The notes beneath the pieces were generated by a model. The model searched no databases, was not told the origin of the DNA, and saw only the letters and a program-made list of their open reading frames with translations. DNA of 56,622 nucleotides from a virus, in the IMG/VR virus record IMGVR_UViG_3300031276_000001, positions 1 to 56,622 of that record; one strand, written 5' to 3'. Both the position numbers and the translations under genes were made by a program. Position 1 is the stretch's first letter, and every line of letters begins with the position of its first letter. This document shows positions 50,937 to 56,622 of this stretch, one piece after another.

Positions 50937-51657
50937 CCTCCAAAAATTTTACAGTATCTTGATTTACAAATATATCATTTTTTAATTCATCAAGCATACT
51001 GCACACCTGTTCTGGATGCAATTTACTTCCTAGATATGATTTATTTTTAAAAATAAAAGGTGATGTAGTTAGAACACTAATAGCTGCTAATAATAATTTC
51101 CCCTCTTTTGAGTCACAGCTTAAAGAATCAAATATTTTTGTGTCAATTAAAAGTTTTTCATTTGAAATATTTTCATATTTATTTTTAATTGTTTCTTTTT
51201 TATACCACGGTACAAAACTTTCTATCTTATCAATTAATGAATCAATCTCATTTCCATTAAAACAAAGTGCTCTATCATCAATTGTCAAATAGCATGGTGG
51301 TTTAAATGCAGCTATTTCATGAAACATAATTTTATATTTCATGCAATAGTCAATTATGCAACAAATTCCATCACCTGATTGGCATCTTGATGAGAATATA
51401 ACTATTCTATATCCTATTTTTATAAGCTTATCAATTAATTCTTTTATACCTTTTACAGGTTCATCATTCGCAACCGCTGCACATTTCCATCCTGATACAT
51501 AAGAATGAATAACACCATCAAAATCAAAACATAATGTTTTGTTTTTTTTCTTTTTTACAAATTTACAGCAATATGACTGATCATTTCTTATTATTGTTCC
51601 GTCAGTTCTGCATATCCCATTATTATAATTATTGCAATTAATACATATCTCTTTCAT
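50920..51657 (-). CDS. Zinc-finger plus HAD-like phosphatase-fold protein
   Basis: N-terminal CINC...C...CC, then a CFDFDGVIHSY DxDG motif and IVIFSS; the C-terminus carries the shared module. Confidence 0.45.
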   Translation of the reverse strand: MKEICINCNNYNNGICRTDGTIIRNDQSYCCKFVKKKKNKTLCFDFDGVIHSYVSGWKCAAVANDEPVKGIKELIDKLIKIGYRIVIFSSRCQSGDGICCIIDYCMKYKIMFHEIAAFKPPCYLTIDDRALCFNGNEIDSLIDKIESFVPWYKKETIKNKYENISNEKLLIDTKIFDSLSCDSKEGKLLLAAISVLTTSPFIFKNKSYLGSKLHPEQVCSMLDELKNDIFVNQDTVKFLEDDKNE

Positions 51658-51684
51658 ATTTTTAAACTCTCCTAACTAATAAGG

Positions 51685-51858
51685 TCATTCATATTTTTTA
51701 TGTTTAATATTCTGAGTAGCATTAATATTACCATTTCCAGTACATATATTTATTTGACCTTTATTATTACTAGCACATTTTTCGCAAATTACATTTTTAT
51801 TAGTTACTGAGTAACTATCATTTACATTTATTTCTTTATTACAAATTGAACATTTCAT
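51685..51858 (-). CDS. Zinc-ribbon mini-protein (57 aa)
   Basis: Hand-translated: MKCSICNKEINVNDSYSVTNKNVICEKCASNNKGQINICTG... Confidence 0.4.
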   Translation of the reverse strand: MKCSICNKEINVNDSYSVTNKNVICEKCASNNKGQINICTGNGNINATQNIKHKKYE

Positions 51859-51953
51859 TTAATCATTCCTTTCATTATTTTTTTTACCTTCTTATTAAAA
51901 ATTTTGCTCAATTTCTTTAATAAGAATTTTTATAAATAAGATTATTCAAATTT

Positions 51954-52727
51954 TTATTTATAATTGTCATTTTCCAACTCATTCATATTAATTTGTTTAA
52001 ATTGAGTATTTGGTAATATTTCTTTAAATCCTAAACTAGTTGACATTTCTACTACTCTTTTCTTAGCTTCTTGGAAAATATCTTTATAATACTTTTCTTT
52101 GTCCATTCCTTCAATTATTGCCTGTTTTACAATCATATCAGCTACAATAATTTTAGATAGTTGTTGAATATTTAAAATTTCCCGAACGTTTGGGAATTTT
52201 TCTTTGAGAATGAAAAATGCGGCATTTTCCATTTTACTAATTATCATATAATATTTATTTGAACTTTTAGAGCCTTGTATTTTAGCGTATTCTATAAATG
52301 TTTTTATAATGTCTGTCTCTTGCCTACGACCTATTTTTGATTGATTTCTAGTTTCAATATATTGTTGATTTTGCTTTTGTGTTTTCTGCTCTAGTATCCA
52401 TTTTCTCATAGAAACAAACTGTTTTGATATTGTTAACTTTAAATTTAATACTAAATCTTTTTCATTTGCTTTTGTTCTCATATTCATTATTAAAAATAAA
52501 TATTGTTCTTCATTCAAATAAAAAACTTTTTTAGGTTGTCCACCTTTTGGATTACCAGTTTTTAGGTCATTTTCAAAAGTAAGTACTCCTAATTTTTCTA
52601 ACTCATTTTTATAAACTTTTACTAAATTAATTATAATTTTATGACTTCTTTTTAATTCTTTTGCTAAAATATCAGTAGAAACATAAATTTCATCTTTTCT
52701 TACTGTTAATAAATTATTCAATATCAA
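51954..52727 (-). CDS. Rha-family phage regulatory protein
   Basis: IYVSTDILAKELKRSHKIIINLVK...GGQPKKVFYLNEEQYLFLIMNMRTKANE follows the Phage_pRha pattern. Confidence 0.55.
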   Translation of the reverse strand: MILNNLLTVRKDEIYVSTDILAKELKRSHKIIINLVKVYKNELEKLGVLTFENDLKTGNPKGGQPKKVFYLNEEQYLFLIMNMRTKANEKDLVLNLKLTISKQFVSMRKWILEQKTQKQNQQYIETRNQSKIGRRQETDIIKTFIEYAKIQGSKSSNKYYMIISKMENAAFFILKEKFPNVREILNIQQLSKIIVADMIVKQAIIEGMDKEKYYKDIFQEAKKRVVEMSTSLGFKEILPNTQFKQINMNELENDNYK

Positions 52728-52815
52728 TACTCCTTTAATTTCAATAATATAATTATAAGGAATTTACTTTATAGTGTCAATATTAATTTAATACCACCTA
52801 GTTAATATTCATGAT

Positions 52816-54009
52816 TTAATGTGCTTTTTTAATCTGCTCCCTTGAATATTTACGTCTTAAATATTTATTATCTTGAATATGTTGTCTTTGTACTGATTGC
52901 CATTCATTAACTTTTTTTCGTGCTTTTTGCTTTGATAATTCATCCAAACTAGTTGTTTCAATTCTCTTATATTTTCTTATTTGACGTTCAATATATCTTT
53001 GTTTTTGCTGCGCTTCATATGATAATCTTTGTGCACCTTCATATCCATACTCATCAACTAATTGACTTTCATATTTATCAAGGCTTGGCCTTCCAATTTC
53101 AGTTACACCTAAGAAATATGGAGTAATATTATGTAAGCAATTAGGATGAAATAATCCACGATTTATTGCATCTACCAATGAAATATATTTTTTATCCTTT
53201 CCAGATAAATTTAAAATTCTTCCTTCTAATGGTGTACATAAATGACAGGCTCTAAAATGCGAACTAACTAAAACTAAATCATATCCTAACTGTATATATC
53301 TATTAATTGATGCCTGAACTGCACATCGTCCTGTTAACGTTCTTCCAAGCATTTCACAATATGTGTCAATCGAATGTACTGCACCATTTTTATAAGTTAT
53401 ACATTGAAGTCCTTTTGATGAATATTCATCAAGAAATTTTTGACTTATTTGTCTTCTTGTTATTATATCCGCTTCACTAAAATTATTTTCTCCAACAATT
53501 ACAGCAACATCTCTATATATATCATTTGATTTTCTCATTATTTGAAGTGGCTTGTCTTCTAATGCATAATAAGCAGCCGAACGGAAAACACCAAAAAATT
53601 GAGTATGTTCTTCAAAATCTTTAAAGTTAATAATTATTTGACCTGGTATTTCAGGAACTGGAACAATAGCATGAACATTATTTATTAGTGAACTTCCATT
53701 TGTTATATCACTTCCAGCCCCTGCAATATTAATTCCAATTCTTGATAATTCTGCATCTGCTTCTTTTATTCCTGCAATATAAGCTTTTGATAAATTATCA
53801 TCAATCCAATCTTTAGAAGCTTTTGCAAATTTCTTTATGATTGAATTTATGTTGGTTTCAAATAATGCTTTTGCTTTAGAAATATTTCCAGGATCTTTTA
53901 TTACTTCTTCAATTAAGATAATTAAAGCCCCTGCAAATTCATAAACTACATTTTGAGATGCTACTTCCAAATCATTACTTAAATTATCAAAAGTTGATTG
54001 ACTTATCAT
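52816..54009 (-). CDS. Head morphogenesis protein (SPP1 gp7 / Mu F-like)
   Basis: The C-terminal half carries LFHPNCLHNITPYF, the characteristic HPNC(R/L)(C/H) block. Basic coiled tail. Confidence 0.6.
   Translation of the reverse strand: MISQSTFDNLSNDLEVASQNVVYEFAGALIILIEEVIKDPGNISKAKALFETNINSIIKKFAKASKDWIDDNLSKAYIAGIKEADAELSRIGINIAGAGSDITNGSSLINNVHAIVPVPEIPGQIIINFKDFEEHTQFFGVFRSAAYYALEDKPLQIMRKSNDIYRDVAVIVGENNFSEADIITRRQISQKFLDEYSSKGLQCITYKNGAVHSIDTYCEMLGRTLTGRCAVQASINRYIQLGYDLVLVSSHFRACHLCTPLEGRILNLSGKDKKYISLVDAINRGLFHPNCLHNITPYFLGVTEIGRPSLDKYESQLVDEYGYEGAQRLSYEAQQKQRYIERQIRKYKRIETTSLDELSKQKARKKVNEWQSVQRQHIQDNKYLRRKYSREQIKKAH
53937..53971. repeat. 35-nt direct repeat, copy 1 (inside the gp7-like gene 5' end)
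   Basis: attcataaactacattttgagatgctacttccaaa differs at 2 positions from 54131-54165. Confidence 0.85.
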
Positions 54010-54130
54010 TTTAATTGCCTTTCTCTTTCATTTAAAATTCTATCAATTTCATTATTTACAATTTCATCATTTATATTTTCAGTTCCATAAAGAATTATAC
54101 AATTATTTATAGCCTGTTCAATAATAAATA

Positions 54131-54165
54131 ATTCATAAACTATATTTTGAGATACTACTTCCAAA
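54131..54165. repeat. 35-nt direct repeat, copy 2 (in the intergenic region / small ORF upstream)
   Basis: attcataaactatattttgagatactacttccaaa; it encodes LEVVSQNIVYE, against LEVASQNVVYE in the gp7-like protein. Confidence 0.85.
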
Positions 54166-54189
54166 CTATTAATAAATTTTTTTTATTCA

Positions 54190-55932
54190 TTATTTAAATA
54201 CCTCAGTAACAATTATAAAACTGTTCGTGCTTAATATTGTCGGATTTGCTGCATCTGTATTATATTGAGCAATTTTAGGCTGAATATATCCACCTTCTAC
54301 TCCTGTTCCTACTATAATTATTTCTTTTACAAAAGAATTATATTGATCTACAGCATATCGTATTGATGACGATAAACCAGCAATAGAAGTTCTAATCTTA
54401 TTATCGGCTGATGGTTCAGCCGATGCCGTGACTGCTATTCCTCCAAAACATGATCTGCTAACAATACCACCTGCATCGCCTCCATAATTCCAAGCAATTT
54501 TAACATCAGGTCCATCATCAGTATTTGAAATTACAAAAATAGCTTTAATTTCAAATATTTTATTAGCTGGTAAATTAATAAAAAAATCATTAACAGCTAT
54601 TAAATTATTTGATGTATATTCTATTGATTCACGCATTAAATATGCTTTTGGACCTTTAAACCAATCATTATATAAATCTAAATTACCATAATTCGCCGCA
54701 ACTGCAAAATCTGTTATTAGCCCCCATCCCCTATAGTCATAAGATGCTATATAAATACATCCCTCCGCATCTGTATCAATTGAAGTTTCATATTCCAATA
54801 CATGTATTTTTTCACCAGCTTTATATAAAATTGATCTTATTGTATCATTATCTTTTTCAAATTTTATAATTATTCTTTCATTTTTTAATAATGTTTCATC
54901 TAATGAAATCATTACATCATTTGTTACGCCGCCTTCAGTATATTCAAGATAAAAATCACCAGCATCTATAAACGTTCTAATATAATTATTAGAATCAACA
55001 TACCAGCATAACCCAATCGAATAATCTTCATATTTTACATATTGTTCAATATAAGATACAAATGATTGTACAGTACAATAAATATGCAAAATTCTTTCTT
55101 CATCATCAGGTGGCATAAACATAATACCTGTTATTTTCAACAAGTTATCATATACTGTATCAATAATATCTGTCCATATTTCAAATACATTAACCCATCC
55201 TGTAACCGTTCCCATGTATTCCTGAAAACTACATGGTACTCCCGAATAAACAGGGTCTTCTCTTATCATTTGCCAATAATCGCATATGAAATATTCGCCT
55301 TGCGCATTTGCAATTGTTGTGGCTTCAACTCTAAGATGTGTAATATTATTCCATCCAGGTGGAGCACCAACCGGAGTAAATGCAGATTTTGCAGCCATCA
55401 AGTAATTATATCCATTGCTAAATCCAGCCGCTGCCACTGCATAAGTATAATTGTTGGCATTATCTGTGCCCAATTTGAATTGAAACCAACCAAATTTTGC
55501 AACATCAGACATATAAAATAAAAGATAAATTAAATCTGATGTCGTCGATACTGAACCATCATTAAATACACTCAAATCTAATGCGGCTATATCTTTATTA
55601 ATTCCAATCCATCCGGCTGCATTATCATTTTGTTCAACCTGTATCGAATTTATGCCAATTTTAGCATTATCAGTATCATTTGAAATGGTAGTTGTTCCTG
55701 TTGTTGCCCAATCAGCCTCATCATCAAAACTATCAATTTGCTTCTCGTTTCTATTCCAAAAATACTCTTTTAATCTACTTTTAGCAAGATTAACACATTG
55801 ACTTCTTCTTAATTCTTCATCTGTTAATACTAACAAATCTTCATGGGAATTAAGATTATCAGCAGATATTGGTGGTGATGCCCCGTCAACCCACGATATT
55901 CGTTCATATGATCCAAAAGCCATTTTAATCAA
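54190..55932 (-). CDS. Putative receptor-binding / tail fibre-like protein
   Basis: 580 aa. The N-terminal WVDGASPPISADNLNSHED resembles the conserved N-terminus of many phage fibre proteins and the rest looks beta-rich. Weak recognition only. Confidence 0.35.
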   Translation of the reverse strand: MIKMAFGSYERISWVDGASPPISADNLNSHEDLLVLTDEELRRSQCVNLAKSRLKEYFWNRNEKQIDSFDDEADWATTGTTTISNDTDNAKIGINSIQVEQNDNAAGWIGINKDIAALDLSVFNDGSVSTTSDLIYLLFYMSDVAKFGWFQFKLGTDNANNYTYAVAAAGFSNGYNYLMAAKSAFTPVGAPPGWNNITHLRVEATTIANAQGEYFICDYWQMIREDPVYSGVPCSFQEYMGTVTGWVNVFEIWTDIIDTVYDNLLKITGIMFMPPDDEERILHIYCTVQSFVSYIEQYVKYEDYSIGLCWYVDSNNYIRTFIDAGDFYLEYTEGGVTNDVMISLDETLLKNERIIIKFEKDNDTIRSILYKAGEKIHVLEYETSIDTDAEGCIYIASYDYRGWGLITDFAVAANYGNLDLYNDWFKGPKAYLMRESIEYTSNNLIAVNDFFINLPANKIFEIKAIFVISNTDDGPDVKIAWNYGGDAGGIVSRSCFGGIAVTASAEPSADNKIRTSIAGLSSSIRYAVDQYNSFVKEIIIVGTGVEGGYIQPKIAQYNTDAANPTILSTNSFIIVTEVFK

Positions 55933-55938
55933 CTCCTA

Positions 55939-56199
55939 TTATTTTATATCTTTTATTTCAGCTTGTATTTGATTAATTGTCTTTCTTTCATGAATTCCAT
56001 GATTTATTTTTCCGAGTTTATTTCTAACTTTTGGTATATCAATTGAAAATATAATTTCTTTTGCTTTTGTTTCATCCTCCGCATAATTTAAAATTTTTTT
56101 TAAATTATTTACAAAATTTACACAAAATTTTTCATATACTTCTTTCTTTTTTTCTTTGTCATAATCTTCTTTAAATACATATTTTTCGCAAAATCTCAT
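55939..56199 (-). CDS. Hypothetical protein (86 aa)
   Basis: Track ORF. Confidence 0.55.
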   Translation of the reverse strand: MRFCEKYVFKEDYDKEKKKEVYEKFCVNFVNNLKKILNYAEDETKAKEIIFSIDIPKVRNKLGKINHGIHERKTINQIQAEIKDIK

Positions 56200-56342
56200 T
56201 TGATATTCTCCTTATATTTTATTTCCCATTCTTCAATATTACCTATATATCCACAATCTTTACATTCATATTTATCTTTATCAAATTTTAAATTATTACC
56301 TTTACAATTTTTACAAGTTCCCGGTTTATATTTTTTACTCAC
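56196..56342 (-). CDS. Zinc-ribbon mini-protein (48 aa, GTG start)
   Basis: Hand-translated: VSKKYKPGTCKNCKGNNLKFDKDKYECKDCGYIGNIEEWEIKYKENIK. GAGGTG RBS; ATGA overlap with the next gene. Confidence 0.45.
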   Translation of the reverse strand: MSKKYKPGTCKNCKGNNLKFDKDKYECKDCGYIGNIEEWEIKYKENIK

Positions 56343-56351
56343 TAAATCACC

Positions 56352-56622
56352 TCAATTTATAATATCACCAATTTCAAAATGTATTTGAATTTTAGTTAAT
56401 TCCATCCAGGCATTACCAGCCTTTATTAATAATCCAGCCTTATATATTATTTTTGCATCATTATCATAAATACCTGAATTTAACATTTTTATACCTTCTA
56501 TATATTTAATTATACAATTAAGAAAATATTCTCTTGACTGTTTATATCTTAGAGGTGTTTTTATTGAGTAAAGCATATTTTTATGAGTAATCATAATTTG
56601 TTTAGCTTTATCATTTGGCTCT
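56352..56622 (-). CDS. 3' portion of the junction-spanning hypothetical ORF (see 1..261)
   Basis: Track ORF 56352..56594. The frame stays open upstream to the window edge and continues in 1..261 through the overlap. Confidence 0.6.
   Translation of the reverse strand, partial: EPNDKAKQIMITHKNMLYSIKTPLRYKQSREYFLNCIIKYIEGIKMLNSGIYDNDAKIIYKAGLLIKAGNAWMELTKIQIHFEIGDIIN
56496..56622. repeat. Right copy of the 127-bp terminal overlap
   Basis: Identical to 1-127. Confidence 0.95.

Noticed and set aside
38865-56388. Further antisense or out-of-frame track ORFs: 38865-39089, 43319-43630, 45102-45392, 47132-47347, 49550-49744, 55066-55521 and 56200-56388. Earlier ones of the same kind are 2525-2710, 13880-14077, 15980-16192, 21420-21656, 22040-22285, 22334-22684 and 25457-25741
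   Set aside because: Same reasoning as above. They overlap confidently called genes, have implausible compositions (for example the Cys/Trp-rich 25457-25741 inside the tape measure gene) and have no translation signals.
1-56622. Alternative genetic code (stop-codon reassignment), as seen in some gut phages
   Set aside because: Long uninterrupted ORFs with recognisable full-length domains tile the genome under the standard code. TAA, TAG and TGA all appear as terminators followed by RBS-start signals. There is no sign of in-frame stop enrichment in the late genes.
1-56622. Diversity-generating retroelement, retron, or toxin-antitoxin of a recognisable family
   Set aside because: No reverse-transcriptase motifs (YxDD) were seen in any ORF, and there are no template/variable repeat pairs near the tail-fibre-like genes. 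The small HTH/AbrB/RHH genes lack an adjacent recognisable toxin fold.

Overview
This window is a circularly closed contig. Bases 1-127 are repeated exactly at 56496-56622, leaving 56,495 unique bp. It reads as the complete genome of a very A+T-rich tailed phage with siphovirus-like gene content. About 90% of genes lie on the minus strand. The morphogenesis genes I recognise are: small and large terminase, portal, an SPP1-gp7/Mu-F-like head protein, scaffold, an HK97-type major capsid protein, head-tail connectors, a major tail protein, G/GT tail chaperones with an A_AAA_AAA -1 frameshift site, the tape measure protein, and distal tail proteins. The replication and recombination genes are: an iteron-rich origin-like region next to a P4/D5-type primase-helicase, a DnaG-like primase, a RecD-like helicase, a RecT-like annealing protein and an ERCC4-type nuclease. 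A short plus-strand lysis block encodes an amidase_3 endolysin, convergent with an XhlA-like gene. Host cues point to a low-GC Gram-positive bacterium: an LPXTG-anchored protein, teichoic-acid-type enzymes, the amidase_3 endolysin and the XhlA-like gene. I found no integrase, tRNA, rRNA, CRISPR array or reverse transcriptase. The most unusual content is an eight-gene envelope-glycopolymer operon at 38701-44606. It combines IspD/TarI-like and SDR enzymes (a CDP-ribitol-type pair), a TagF-like transferase, GT2 and GT32 glycosyltransferases, a pyruvyl transferase and a nitroreductase-fold protein, all behind a highly structured leader. Other points of interest: a DNA methyltransferase gene split by a cassette carrying a PAPS-reductase-like (IbrA/DndC-type) gene, a TnpB N-terminal stub and an RHH gene; two promoter-plus-hairpin-plus-terminator units that look like small RNA genes; an LPXTG surface-protein moron; and a 57-bp perfect palindrome. 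All functional calls come from motifs recognised by eye. No database search was run.
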